From Polyangiaceae bacterium (lineage in GTDB: Bacteria > Myxococcota_A > Polyangia > Polyangiales > Polyangiaceae): a DNA stretch of 64,000 nucleotides. Below are positions 39,988 to 51,242 of the stretch, one piece after another. The notes beneath the pieces were generated by a model. That model worked only from the letters and a program-made list of their open reading frames with translations. It did not search any database and was not told the origin of the DNA. Each line of letters begins with the position of its first letter. Positions within the stretch are counted from its first letter, which is position 1. A program made the translations under genes and the position numbers. The stretch covers positions 64,001 to 128,000 of the forward strand of contig JBNKBE010000015.1 of NCBI GenBank assembly GCA_050287085.1, written 5' to 3'.

Positions 39988-40989
39988 TCAATGCGCTACA
40001 ACGGAGTCCGGGTAGTGAATCTCGCGAGCCAGCCTGCAACTGGTCAAGTCGCGAGCGTGTCGGTGGCGGCGACTCTCACTGATCCAGGCGGGATCCACCA
40101 GTCTTCGTACGCTCAGCAGCACAGCTGCCTTCTTCATATCGATAACGAAAACGCGCACGAAGTGGCGATTCGTTCCGTCGAACTCACTGGGGCCGTCCCC
40201 GAGTTTCGGCTCGTCGAGAGCCAAGATGAATAGATCAGCCAGGGCGGCTCTGCGGGCGTCCGCCAGCGGCGCCGCCTCCACCATTCGTCTCAATTCCCGG
40301 ACGTCGTCGATGAACTCAGCCCGCTCAACACGCTCTTGCCACGAGGGCGCCAGGAGCGGCAAGCCTACGAGGCCGGTAAGAAGACGCTGGACATGCGCCG
40401 CTCGCTCTCCCGCAATGCCTCCGCTCAGTTTCGGCAGCATGGCGCTTTCCGTAGCCTCCGCGGGTGGACTGAGAAGACAGAATAGAAGGGCGTCTTTGCG
40501 CGATTCGGAAGCAACGCGCCGCAGCGAGCGCTCATCTTGAAGGTCGATCAGAGGGCCGCGGAGATAGACAGCGTCTTGGCTGAGCAGCTCCGCCAAGACG
40601 TCCGAACGTCCTGACTCCGTGGGACGCTCGTCGCCTAGGTATTCAGCCGTTGCAGTCCTTATCCATGGCCGTACGCGGCTCTCTAGCTGGAAGGCCGTCG
40701 GGGAAAGATCCCTCCGTGCCGCACGCAGCTCTCGGCTCAGCCCCCGCTTCGCCTGCGTGAGTTCATCTTGAACATGGTGCTGCATCCACGACCAGGCAGC
40801 TACGCTACCCAGGATCCCCGCCAAAGCGGCGAAGCGAAGCAGGGCAATGGCCCTGGGGCCCACACGCGCATGGCCGGCGGGCACTCCCAAACTGCGAAGC
40901 ACCCGGCTACGCAGCTCTGGGGACATCTTGTCGTTGAGGAGCCACGACGGCACGTTACGCCGCTCCGCCACTTCGAGTGTTACGCTCAA
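39988..40989 (-). CDS. Hypothetical single-TM protein (start possibly ATG 40926)
   Basis: Long ORF packed between the MutS-like gene and sppA, with one TM helix followed by a helical domain. Confidence 0.65.
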   Translation of the reverse strand: MSVTLEVAERRNVPSWLLNDKMSPELRSRVLRSLGVPAGHARVGPRAIALLRFAALAGILGSVAAWSWMQHHVQDELTQAKRGLSRELRAARRDLSPTAFQLESRVRPWIRTATAEYLGDERPTESGRSDVLAELLSQDAVYLRGPLIDLQDERSLRRVASESRKDALLFCLLSPPAEATESAMLPKLSGGIAGERAAHVQRLLTGLVGLPLLAPSWQERVERAEFIDDVRELRRMVEAAPLADARRAALADLFILALDEPKLGDGPSEFDGTNRHFVRVFVIDMKKAAVLLSVRRLVDPAWISESRRHRHARDLTSCRLAREIHYPDSVVAH

Positions 40990-42643
40990 TCAGCCCTAGC
41001 AACTGCTCACCCGTGACCCCCAAACGCGCTGCAGCGTGTGCGGCGAGTGACGTCTTTGCCACCCCAGGGCCAAACTGATAGGTCGGCTCTTGACGCGGAC
41101 CCAGCAGGACCTGCAAGAAGCGTAAGCTGCCAATCGCGCCCGCGGCCTGCAGCCGACTTGCAAAGTCGAGAAAGTGCGTGGTGATGAACGCCTGGGGCGC
41201 CAGCTTCTCGAGCATGCGCACCACGAGCTCGAAAATCTCTTCCCCTTCGGAAGGGTTGGTACCCGAGCAGAGTTCGTCCAAAATGACCATCGCCCCTGGG
41301 GGCAAGCACTCAAACAACTGCCGAATACGCATCAACTCCATACCGAGACGTCCCTCCGTTTGGTCAACGTGTGTTTCCTGAATCAGGGATACAACCATCC
41401 CCGGACACGGCGCAAGCTGTGCCGCGCGGGCTGGCACGAAGAGTCCAACCTGCGCCAAGAGCTGGGTTAGTCCAATCGCCTGCAATAGGCGCGTCTTGCC
41501 GCCACTGTTGGGCCCGGTAATGAGCGTGGTGGCCACGTTTCTGTCACACTCCAAATCGCAGGGCACCGGAATCTGTTTACCCATCAACAATGGATTGAAC
41601 AATCCAACGACCTGCCTTGGCGCGCCGGACTCAACAAATTCCGGCAGGCAAACCTCCAGGCCCGACGCACGCGCACGCTCCGCAAAGCCGAGCGCCCCCA
41701 GGTAGAATTCGAGATCACCCAGTACTTGCACCAAAACGACAAACTGCGGGCGTACCCCCTCGAAGACCGCGTCCAGCAAACGTGCCATCACCTCCCCGTC
41801 CCCGAACCGGAAGCCTCTCAAGAACAACTCTAGCTTGGCAAGCCACCGCTTCCACGGAGCCGCTAGAAACATATTGTCGGTCTCTTCATGCGCCTCAACG
41901 AGCTCTAAGCGCCGCACGCGCCCGTCAGCCCCGATTGCAACTTTGAAACTCAGGCTGGCCATCTGTTCGTCGTACGCGAGCAACTCGACGAGAGCGCGAT
42001 AGCCCTCACTACCCCGCACAGAGTCCGCGTAGCGGGTGAGACGCTGGAGTCCCGAAGTTGCGCCGGCAAAGCCCTCGGCTAAAAGCTCGATCAGCGTCCG
42101 AAAACTCTCGAGAATGCTCAGCTGGCGCCGGTTGGAATCAAGGGTACTGTGCCCAGACGTTCCCTCAAGCAAGGCACGCAACTGACTGAGACGCTGGTAG
42201 ACGCGCTTGAGATTGTTCGCGAGTGCTGGCGCTTGATCCAGCTCCGACAATATCTCGCGGCGTAGCTGCACTGATGCAAAGTCCTTGGGTGGAGAACACA
42301 AGAGACGAGACAGATGCTCGGTGCACACCTCCGGCGTTTGACCTCCGATACTGGGACGCAGGCATTGGGCCACGAAGGTGCTCAGAAACAGATCTCGTGC
42401 AAAGGCCCCGGGCTGAAACGACGAAGGGGCGTGGGGAGCGCGGCCCAACGCGTCGAAGAACAGACCACCGGAACTACCTGCAAAAGCCAGCACCAGCGCC
42501 AGATCAGTCGCTTCGGCGTCGATCCGCAGCGCGGGACCCGCATGCAGTAGATCCAGAATGGCGACGGAAGGGGGATCGGAGAAGACGTTCATGGGTATCC
42601 TTGGACTCCCATCCCTACCATCAAATTGGGCTCCAGCGCTCAC
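40955..42643 (-). CDS. MutS-related ATPase (domain V, no mismatch-binding domain I)
   Basis: Walker A 'TGPNSGGKT', 'LLAQVG.FVPA', 'G.LG.EL', Walker B 'ILDELCSGT', 'TTHF', 'G.A..S.A...A..LG'. Confidence 0.88.
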   Translation of the reverse strand: MSAGAQFDGRDGSPRIPMNVFSDPPSVAILDLLHAGPALRIDAEATDLALVLAFAGSSGGLFFDALGRAPHAPSSFQPGAFARDLFLSTFVAQCLRPSIGGQTPEVCTEHLSRLLCSPPKDFASVQLRREILSELDQAPALANNLKRVYQRLSQLRALLEGTSGHSTLDSNRRQLSILESFRTLIELLAEGFAGATSGLQRLTRYADSVRGSEGYRALVELLAYDEQMASLSFKVAIGADGRVRRLELVEAHEETDNMFLAAPWKRWLAKLELFLRGFRFGDGEVMARLLDAVFEGVRPQFVVLVQVLGDLEFYLGALGFAERARASGLEVCLPEFVESGAPRQVVGLFNPLLMGKQIPVPCDLECDRNVATTLITGPNSGGKTRLLQAIGLTQLLAQVGLFVPARAAQLAPCPGMVVSLIQETHVDQTEGRLGMELMRIRQLFECLPPGAMVILDELCSGTNPSEGEEIFELVVRMLEKLAPQAFITTHFLDFASRLQAAGAIGSLRFLQVLLGPRQEPTYQFGPGVAKTSLAAHAAARLGVTGEQLLGLIERNTRSGGAA

Positions 42644-42734
42644 CAGACTGCGGGCTGGCCAGCCCCTTGCTTCCGTTGCCTCCTGGGTCGCTCATCACTC
42701 GCATCGAAGAACGCGTTCACGCTAGCCTGCACGG

Positions 42735-43232
42735 GTGAAGACCAACGCCATTCGGATTCTCGAGCAGCACGGGGTGGCCCACCGGCTGCTTCACTACGAG
42801 GTCGATCCTGACGACCTGACGGCAACAACCGTAGCCGAAAAAGTGGGCATGCTGCCGAGCGCCGTATTCAAGACGCTCGTGTGCCGCTCGGAGCACTCCA
42901 AGATTTGCTTTGCGATCGTGCCCGGTGACCGCGAACTGGACCTGAAGGTGCTGGCGAAGTCGGCCAACGCGCGGAAAGTACAGCCGGTTGCCCTCAAAGA
43001 CGTGCAGCCGTTGACCGGCTATGTGCGCGGAGGTGTCACTGTCTTGGGTGCAAGGAAAGCATTCCCCGTCTACTTGGACAAGAGCGCATTCGATTGGGAC
43101 GAAATCGCGGTATCGGCCGGCGTCCGGGGTACTCAGGTCCTACTCGCGCCCACCTGCTACGCGCGGGTAACCCGCGCCCAGGTCGTCGCAGCGCTGGCGC
43201 GATCGAGCTCGGCCCCACTCGCCCACCACTGA
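42735..43232 (+). CDS. ybaK: Cys-tRNA(Pro) deacylase
   Basis: 'KTNAIRILE', 'VFKTLV', 'TGYVRGG', 'VSAGVRG'. Confidence 0.93.
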   Translation: MKTNAIRILEQHGVAHRLLHYEVDPDDLTATTVAEKVGMLPSAVFKTLVCRSEHSKICFAIVPGDRELDLKVLAKSANARKVQPVALKDVQPLTGYVRGGVTVLGARKAFPVYLDKSAFDWDEIAVSAGVRGTQVLLAPTCYARVTRAQVVAALARSSSAPLAHH

Positions 43233-43270
43233 AGCAGGCGCGTCGACCCGACCGGTGATATCGTGTCGCT

Positions 43271-44419
<1,149 letters not shown>

Positions 44420-44546
44420 ACGCTGTCCACTCAAACGCCGTCCCACCAGCGCGGCCCACACCGCATATCGGAGTGCCGACCTGCCGCTGTCAGACGCGCG
44501 ACTGGAAGGTCCCAGCAAATGGTTGCCGTCGATATTCAATTCGTCC

Positions 44547-44978
44547 ATGAAACCCACGCCCCCCGGTTGGCCCCGCATCTCGTCGGCCATCTACTACGAA
44601 GACCCGGCTCACGCGATCGACTGGTTGTGCCAAGCGTTTGGCTTTGAGGTGCAACTGAGGGTGAAGGCGACGGCGGGCGCATCGAGCATTCTGAGCTTGT
44701 CTACGGCGGCGGCTTGATCATGGTCGTCGGCGGAAAGCGCCCGGGCTGCAAGCCCCCTGCTGGCGGCCTCAACACGCAGAATATGATGGTCTATGTCGAC
44801 GACGCTGACGCGCATTGTGAGCGGGCCCGCGCCTGCGGAGCCACCATTACGTCAGAGCCCACGACCACCGACTATGGCGGTGACTACTGGACAGATCGCG
44901 GCTACGAGTGCAAAGACATTGGGGGTCACACTTGGTGTGTTCTGCCAAAGACTCAGTGCCGAGAGCAAACCAGCTTGA
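44547..44978 (+). pseudogene. VOC/glyoxalase (PhnB-like) gene with two frameshifts
   Basis: 'MKPTPPGWPRISSAIYYEDP..AIDWL..AFGF', shift ~44663, 'GRIEHSEL...YVDDADAH.ERA...DRGY...D.GGH.W', shift ~44938, 'FCQRL..KPA*'. Confidence 0.8.
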
Positions 44979-45070
44979 CGACAACTGCAACTGCACGGCT
45001 GGACCGCACGCTGAGCGCCCTCGCGGACCCCACCCCTCGCTCCGTGAGCGAGCTACTCTGTTGGTCACCG
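44975..45070 (+). pseudogene. Truncated ArsR-family regulator
   Basis: TTGA overlap with the VOC stop. 'LDRTLSALADPTPRSVSELL', after which similarity ends. Confidence 0.6.
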
Positions 45071-45092
45071 GACCCCAATACGTATGCGGCGA

Positions 45093-46253
45093 TCAGAAGC
45101 CGGAGAAGAAACTCCAAATGGCCTCGGGCTCCTCATTCCACGGCGCGTGCCCCCCGGAAAACTCACACCAGAAGGTCGGGGCATCGCAATCCTGGTATTC
45201 CACGCATGGCGCCGGACTAACAGGCATGGTCTGCTGACCGCAGTTGTTGCGTTCCAGGTATTGCTCGAGGGCATCGTGACCACTCTGAGTCGTCACAAAG
45301 GTGTCCGCGTCTCCATGAAAAGCCATGATGGGAAGCGGTGAATGATTGTTCTTATCGTGCGGGATAACCGTGAGGTTTCCAGAACAAGGCGCAATGGCGC
45401 GAAAGACGTCGAATTGGAACCCCACCGTGTAGGACATCATTCCGCCAAAGCTGAAGCCCGTGGAGAAGATGCGCTCCTGATCGATGCACAGCCCGTCGTT
45501 GAAGCGCTCGAGGAGGGTCGTGAAGAACTGCATATCGTCGCCCCCCTCATTCCACCAGCCCTTGCCATTCACCATTTCGTTCGAGCCGCTCAGGCCGTCC
45601 GGGGCAACGAAGATTGCACTGCCATTCGATAGCGGCTTCAGTCCGTTGTAATTGCCTGCGACCTGTTGTGCGTTGCCCCCCAACGGGTGCCACACAAAGA
45701 CCAGACGGTACGCCTCGTCTGGGTCGTAGTCCGCTGGCACGTCTAGAATATAGGTACGCATCGTTCCGTTGATGTCGACAGTGAAGGTACCGCTCTGGAG
45801 CGGCGACGCGGAGCCGCAGCCCGGGCTGCGAACAGTGCTCATCGAGTCATCGTCGTCATCACCCAGGCCAGAGCCCGCCGTACCGGCATCCCCCTCTGGA
45901 ACCTCCGTCTCAGCAGCCCCGCCCACGCCAGCCGACGCCATGTCCGCGTCGGCTCCGGCCATTCCGGAGTTCGCCATACCAGAACCACCTTGGCCAGCCA
46001 CGCCAGCACGGCTCGCATCATCCCCCGCGTCGCCCGCAGCGGCCCCGCCCCCACCGGATACGGTGTCGGCTCCGCCGCTTCCGCCGGAAACCGCACTCGC
46101 TCCCCCGGGCAGGCCCCCACCACCGGATTCGCCTAGCGACGTCATGCCACCATTGTCTCCGACGGGCACGCTCGTGTCCTCCGCGCACCCCGCGGCAAGG
46201 ATCAAACTCAAGAACACTACGCGGACGTCTGTTGCAGCATTGCAGGTCATCAT
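45093..46253 (-). CDS. Alpha/beta-hydrolase lipoprotein, feruloyl esterase/PHB-depolymerase-like (CE1-like)
   Basis: Lipobox AAGC, 'SPGCG', 'RTY...P..YDP', nucleophile 'GFSFGG', 'FHG..D..V', 'GGH..W'. Confidence 0.88.
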   Translation of the reverse strand: MMTCNAATDVRVVFLSLILAAGCAEDTSVPVGDNGGMTSLGESGGGGLPGGASAVSGGSGGADTVSGGGGAAAGDAGDDASRAGVAGQGGSGMANSGMAGADADMASAGVGGAAETEVPEGDAGTAGSGLGDDDDDSMSTVRSPGCGSASPLQSGTFTVDINGTMRTYILDVPADYDPDEAYRLVFVWHPLGGNAQQVAGNYNGLKPLSNGSAIFVAPDGLSGSNEMVNGKGWWNEGGDDMQFFTTLLERFNDGLCIDQERIFSTGFSFGGMMSYTVGFQFDVFRAIAPCSGNLTVIPHDKNNHSPLPIMAFHGDADTFVTTQSGHDALEQYLERNNCGQQTMPVSPAPCVEYQDCDAPTFWCEFSGGHAPWNEEPEAIWSFFSGF

Positions 46254-47067
46254 GATCGTTCCCCTCGCTCGTCGATGCGGTCTCTCCTTCGCGTGAGGAC
46301 TCGCATGATCTCATTACCTGAGTGGTCCATATCATGGCGCTTGCGCTGGCGGGAACTTGAGCACAGCGTGACCTTCTCGATGGGCTCTAGACGCAGCCAC
46401 CCAGACAAGACTCTTTCCGCGCTGCTGGATGGCCCCATTCGTCGTGTACCCGTTCTTTTCTGACCGGTTCTGCACGAGTCGTGCGGCGCTCCTGAAATGC
46501 GGGTGATTCCGCGCTCTTTGAGCGGCACGGCTAGACAACGCTGTTGTCGGGAACACCTTCGCCACCCTTGAAGAAGGACAGCTGGCACAGCAACCGCTCA
46601 CTTTTTCCAGCTACACGAGACCCTCGTAGGCGACGATATGGACAACTGCTAAGACGTAGAACGCAAACATTCCTAGCCTGATCTGCAAATCACCAGTGCT
46701 ATACGAACCGCCACATGGGGAACAAGCCTGTCCACCGAAGCGACCAAGTCCGGGAGTCGCCGGGCTGGAGGAGGAACTAGGTGGTAAGAAGGCAACGCTT
46801 GCGCTTCCAGCGTCTTCCCGGTGGCCATCGTTTACCCGGCGCACCCACCTTCGGAGCGCACGCTTCTTGATCCTGTCTGACTCAACCGTGACGGCCGCGA
46901 ATCCACTGCGGCCTTGGGCAGAGCGCCAGGACACGTGGGACAACATTTCGCGCTCCGAGATGCGGCTCGCTGCGGACTCAGCGCACGTCGCGGATTTCAA
47001 TGAGGAACCCGTGGCATCTTGTCTTGGCCAGACGTCGTGTCCGGTTGAAACACCCAGGAGAGTACCA

Positions 47068-48429
47068 GTGCCCGATCGTTCCCTCTACCCGTTGACTCGT
47101 ATCGCCGCCTTTGCGACCACAACTCTCGCCGCCGCGCTCATCGCGCCGCAGGCATCCGCCAGGGCGCCGGTAACGCTCGACGATGCGTTCCTGGAAGTTG
47201 CCCGGCAGGCACCCGAGTTTGCGGGGGCGTACTATAGCGATGGCGGTAACCTGACCATCAATGTCGCGACTCCTGAAAAGACACCCAACGCGAAACAGCG
47301 GACGTCCACGCTGGACGCGTTCATACGCGTCTTCGGTAAGGCCGCGCTTCAACCGAAGCCCTCTCACCGACGACCGAACCAACGCAGCTATGACGTGAAT
47401 TTCCGCAGCGTGCGCTACCCCTTCGCCACCCTATCGACGTGGTACAATCGCAACGTACGCCCGCTGCTGCGCATCAAGGGAGTCACGTTCAGCGACATAG
47501 ACGAGCGGCGCAACCAGTTGGTCCTCGGCGTCAGCGACAAGCAGGTGATGCTCGAAGTGTGGAAGGCTATCGAGTCCGCCGGACTCGCACCAGACTCCGT
47601 GGTGTTGGATGACGGTCGAGAGCTGGTCTACCAATACTCAGGCTCCATCGTCGGCTCGGAACAGCGCCCTACCATTGCCGGCATCGAGCTCGGTACGGAG
47701 AGCGGTGGCCGGTGTACGCTGGGCATGAACGCGGAGTTCCCCGAATGGTGGTGGACAAGCCCTGGGTTCGTGACCGCCGGGCACTGCACGGGCGATTGGG
47801 ACCTCTTTGGCAACTCACTCGCGCAGCCCGCAGGCGGAGACATCATTGCCTGGGAGTTCTTCAAGCCGGCCTTCGTACCCTCCGCGGACTGCAACTTCGA
47901 CGGCTGTCGTTACAGCGACACGGTGGCGGCCAAGTACAACAGCGATGTGGCGTTCGAGGATGACCCAAGCATCATCCGCACCCGAGACCGCGAAGGTGAC
48001 GTCAACGTAGATGTAGACGCCCAAACGTTTGACGTCACCAGCGCCAGCACATGGCTCCTCAGCGGTGATGAGGTGCAGAAGGTAGGCGTCGCAGCGGGCT
48101 GGCGGGACGCCGCCATCAATCAGACGTGCGTCGACTTCGAAGCGCCAGACTCCACCGGCGGCGAGCGGGGCTTCTTATGTCAGTTCACCGCGGCGACCAT
48201 GACCGATCTGGACGTCTCCTGCCCGGGTGACAGTGGGGCCCCGGTGTTCTTCTGGCACGAAACGCTGGCGCCCAACGCGCTGCTTGCTGGGTTCCTTTGG
48301 GGAGGATTTCTGGAAAGTGGTACATCGTCGCCGTGCGCACCGGAGTACGTGTTCAGCCCCATGTCAGGCGTCGCGGCCGACCTGGGACCGATGTCCATCG
48401 GTCACCTACCGATGGCTAGCTGGTACTGA
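47068..48429 (+). CDS. Secreted S1 (chymotrypsin/alpha-lytic-like) serine protease with pro-region
   Basis: AGGAG RBS and GTG, signal peptide ending ASA, 'CTLG', 'TAGHC', 'SDT', 'GDSGAP'. Confidence 0.9.
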   Translation: MPDRSLYPLTRIAAFATTTLAAALIAPQASARAPVTLDDAFLEVARQAPEFAGAYYSDGGNLTINVATPEKTPNAKQRTSTLDAFIRVFGKAALQPKPSHRRPNQRSYDVNFRSVRYPFATLSTWYNRNVRPLLRIKGVTFSDIDERRNQLVLGVSDKQVMLEVWKAIESAGLAPDSVVLDDGRELVYQYSGSIVGSEQRPTIAGIELGTESGGRCTLGMNAEFPEWWWTSPGFVTAGHCTGDWDLFGNSLAQPAGGDIIAWEFFKPAFVPSADCNFDGCRYSDTVAAKYNSDVAFEDDPSIIRTRDREGDVNVDVDAQTFDVTSASTWLLSGDEVQKVGVAAGWRDAAINQTCVDFEAPDSTGGERGFLCQFTAATMTDLDVSCPGDSGAPVFFWHETLAPNALLAGFLWGGFLESGTSSPCAPEYVFSPMSGVAADLGPMSIGHLPMASWY

Positions 48430-48581
48430 CTCAGAAGCCGCGCTGGCCCGCCCGTCGTGGGTCCTGAACGCATCCGGACGCCACCCAACCGGCTGAGCGG
48501 TGCGACAGTAAAGAGCCTGCCCGGCAATTCTACACTCGGAAGTGTAACCAATCCTCCACTGCCGCTCACTAAGGCAGCCGT

Positions 48582-50189
48582 ATGCGCTCACGATACCTCG
48601 TGCATGTCGGACTGGTTTGCTGCCTGGCGGGGTGCGGTGATTCGTCATCCGACGACCCAAGCGGCCATGTGGGGGGGAGCGGTGGCGACGCTTCGGCGCT
48701 TGCTGGAGCCACGAGCGCCGGGGAGACGGGGGCCTCCGGTGCACACGCAGGTGGCGCAGGCGGTGCTGTTGAAACCGCCGGCGCGAGCAACGGCGGAGCG
48801 TCGGGAGGGTTGAATTCGGCTGGCGCGGGAGGCACCGTGGGGGATCCTGGGGGTGCGAGCGGTTGCGGTGGAGGAAGCACTAGCGCCGAGTGTGGCGGCG
48901 CTGGCGCTGGCGGTGCTGGCGCTGGCGGCGACGGCACCGCAGGAACGGGAGTTGGTGGCGCCGGGGTGGACGAGCCCACGCCGGCGTTTGCCGCTGACCT
49001 GGACAAGTTTAGGTATGAGTGTCCGTGCTTACCGGGCGCGGCAAATCACACGGGTGACGGCAATTGCAATATGGCTCCTGAGGTCGACCGGCAAACGACG
49101 GTCAAGACCATGGATGGGGACCCGGATACGCTCTACGACGTGACGTTTCGGGTACGCGGCATCGCCGAGCCAAACACCTACACCGGCGGAACGCTAGAGG
49201 GGGAGCGCTTCTACACCGGCGGAACGACAACCACCGCTGGTTATACTTCCTACATGCTGACGGTTGCGGAGCCGGCACAACACTACTTCTTCAACTACAG
49301 TCCAACCACCGGTCACTTCAACTTCCTGCTGGACTACGAGGTCACCATCAGGATTCGCGGCGGAAGTGAAGTGACCTTCGACGTCAATGGCGACGGCTCG
49401 GTTCCTGATGGGCACGGCGTGTCCAACGACGGCCAGACCATTGTGCCCGATGTCCCGCCCGCCCCGGATTGGTACGACGGTCAGTTCGTTCAACTGGACG
49501 TGGTGTCGGTAGAGCCGGTGGCTACTCAGAGCGGACTCCTCGCCGTTGCGGCAGAGCTCAACTCGTCCGCGGGCTTCAAGCTGGAAGCGCCTTGTGGCGC
49601 GCTCGATCCCCGGCAAAGAAGCTGTGATCACAACCCCAGAGACAATTGCGGGAGCGGCTCTACGACATTCCTGCGAACGGACGGCACTGTGGCCGGGGAA
49701 GCCGGGACGTTCTACAACGTCACCTTGCACTTTCGGGGTATCGTTGAGGCCAACCAATACGATGGCGGCACCTCCGAGCACAACGGGTTCTATGTTGGCG
49801 GACGAGCGAGCAATGCCAACGGCCTAGACGGTGGAGAGCAGTACAACCAATACGTGCTTGAGGTAGCCTCGCCCCCAGGCGTCTACCATCTCAACAACAT
49901 CGATCAGGAGCAGCGCGACACGTACCGTCAGGGCCTCGCGGGCTCCTCCGGGGTTCATCACTTTGGCTTCGTCTTGGACTATAGCGCCACCATTCGGGTT
50001 GAAGGCGGCACCACCGTAAGCCTGTATCTGTTGGACAACGATTGCTTGTTTGGCCGCAACTGTGAGCCGCCCGCTGACGACTTTGGTAGCTGTCAGGCGC
50101 TCTCACTCCCCGACGTCTCTGAAATCCAACAGCCGTTCGACGGCAACTTCATTTGGGTGGATGTGGAGGACGTCGCGCTAGCTCCTTGA
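48582..50189 (+). CDS. Lipoprotein with Gly-rich tether and two tandem copies of an unrecognised beta-rich domain
   Basis: Lipobox LAGC. Both halves share 'PC...Y.VT...RGI.E...Y.GG...FY.GG...Y..Y.L.VA.P...Y..N...H..F.LDY..TIR..GG..V...DG.F...DV'. Confidence 0.8.
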   Translation: MRSRYLVHVGLVCCLAGCGDSSSDDPSGHVGGSGGDASALAGATSAGETGASGAHAGGAGGAVETAGASNGGASGGLNSAGAGGTVGDPGGASGCGGGSTSAECGGAGAGGAGAGGDGTAGTGVGGAGVDEPTPAFAADLDKFRYECPCLPGAANHTGDGNCNMAPEVDRQTTVKTMDGDPDTLYDVTFRVRGIAEPNTYTGGTLEGERFYTGGTTTTAGYTSYMLTVAEPAQHYFFNYSPTTGHFNFLLDYEVTIRIRGGSEVTFDVNGDGSVPDGHGVSNDGQTIVPDVPPAPDWYDGQFVQLDVVSVEPVATQSGLLAVAAELNSSAGFKLEAPCGALDPRQRSCDHNPRDNCGSGSTTFLRTDGTVAGEAGTFYNVTLHFRGIVEANQYDGGTSEHNGFYVGGRASNANGLDGGEQYNQYVLEVASPPGVYHLNNIDQEQRDTYRQGLAGSSGVHHFGFVLDYSATIRVEGGTTVSLYLLDNDCLFGRNCEPPADDFGSCQALSLPDVSEIQQPFDGNFIWVDVEDVALAP

Positions 50190-50353
50190 CCGGCACGCCG
50201 CTGGGCCCTCATGAGCGACCGTTGCTCGTCCTATGTCGCAAATGGCGGGCTGCACTGCTTCCTCCCGATCGTGGCGATTTCAACCCACTGGGCGGTGGCG
50301 AGCGGCCAGTGCAGGACTTGTTCCCACAGATTTTCGCGATACGGTATGAGCTG

Positions 50354-51190
50354 ATGCCGCTGCGATGGACCGTCCACGAACCGTCTGTTCCCCCGCAACT
50401 GCAACGAGACGTGCACCACGTCAGGCTCTTCGACAACCGAAGCCCGAAGCCCTATTGCGTCAAAGTTGCTCCGGTCGCGTTGCCCGGCATTGTCCTGCAC
50501 CACCGCGGACGCTCAGGGGCGATTCGAAATATCGAAACCCCGCTCGGACTCACAAGCCGCTTGCCGTTGATATTCGTATACGGGGCAGGAACGACGCCCA
50601 GCACCATGCGTTTTCATGGCGGACCGCACACCACCATTCAGATCATTCTCAAACCTCATGGTCTTCGCTCCCTTCTGGGCTTGAACGCGGCTTCGCTACG
50701 CAACAATTTCTTGCCACTCTCCCAGCTTCCAAGAGCTCCGCTACAGCGAGACGTGCTCGCCTTGTCGCCCTCGGAAGCTAAGCTGAGCGCTCTGCTTCAA
50801 TATTTGGAAGCCGAGTCCACGCTGCACAACACCCACGACCCCTTGGTGGTCCTAGCGCTCGAGTGGATGGACGAACAGATTTGCGACCTACGGCTACCCC
50901 GCCTCTTGAAGGATCTCGGTGTCACTGAACGTCAACTCCAACGCAGATTCTTGGCCTCCGTAGGCGTTACCCCAAAGACCTATATTAGGATTCGACGCTT
51001 CAATGAAGCCCTCCGAATGATGAAGGGTCGCCGGCACGCTACTTTGGCTAGTATCGCCTACGAGCTCAACTTCGCTGACCAATCTCATTTCATCCGTGAT
51101 CTGAAGGCATTTTCCCTAGTCACCCCACGCGGTCTCTCTGAGCGTGCCGACCACTTCCACGAATTGGCGGGGTTTTCCTACGCGGACTGA
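50354..51190 (+). CDS. AraC family regulator (DUF6597-type)
   Basis: 'ERQLQRRF...VGVTPK.Y.RI.RF', 'FADQSHFIRD.K.F...TP'. Confidence 0.92.
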   Translation: MPLRWTVHEPSVPPQLQRDVHHVRLFDNRSPKPYCVKVAPVALPGIVLHHRGRSGAIRNIETPLGLTSRLPLIFVYGAGTTPSTMRFHGGPHTTIQIILKPHGLRSLLGLNAASLRNNFLPLSQLPRAPLQRDVLALSPSEAKLSALLQYLEAESTLHNTHDPLVVLALEWMDEQICDLRLPRLLKDLGVTERQLQRRFLASVGVTPKTYIRIRRFNEALRMMKGRRHATLASIAYELNFADQSHFIRDLKAFSLVTPRGLSERADHFHELAGFSYAD

Positions 51191-51193
51191 GTT

Positions 51194-51209
51194 TGTCGGA
51201 AATGTCCAA
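51194..51209 (+). promoter_or_regulatory. Possible operator between the AraC gene and its downstream target
   Basis: TGTCGGAAATGTCCAA (TGTC repeated at 9 bp) directly after the AraC stop. Resembles motifs recalled from similar loci; unverified. Confidence 0.3.
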
Positions 51210-51242
51210 TTCACCACGATGCCGCGTTGCTAAACGCAACCC

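Noticed and set aside
46254..47067. Long intergenic region with 'KKRALRRWVRRVN' (minus strand) and a TGGCAC-N5-CCGCT sigma-54-like element at ~46583
   Set aside because: The peptide similarity to restriction-enzyme C-termini is too short to support. The -12 element is non-consensus and far from the protease start.
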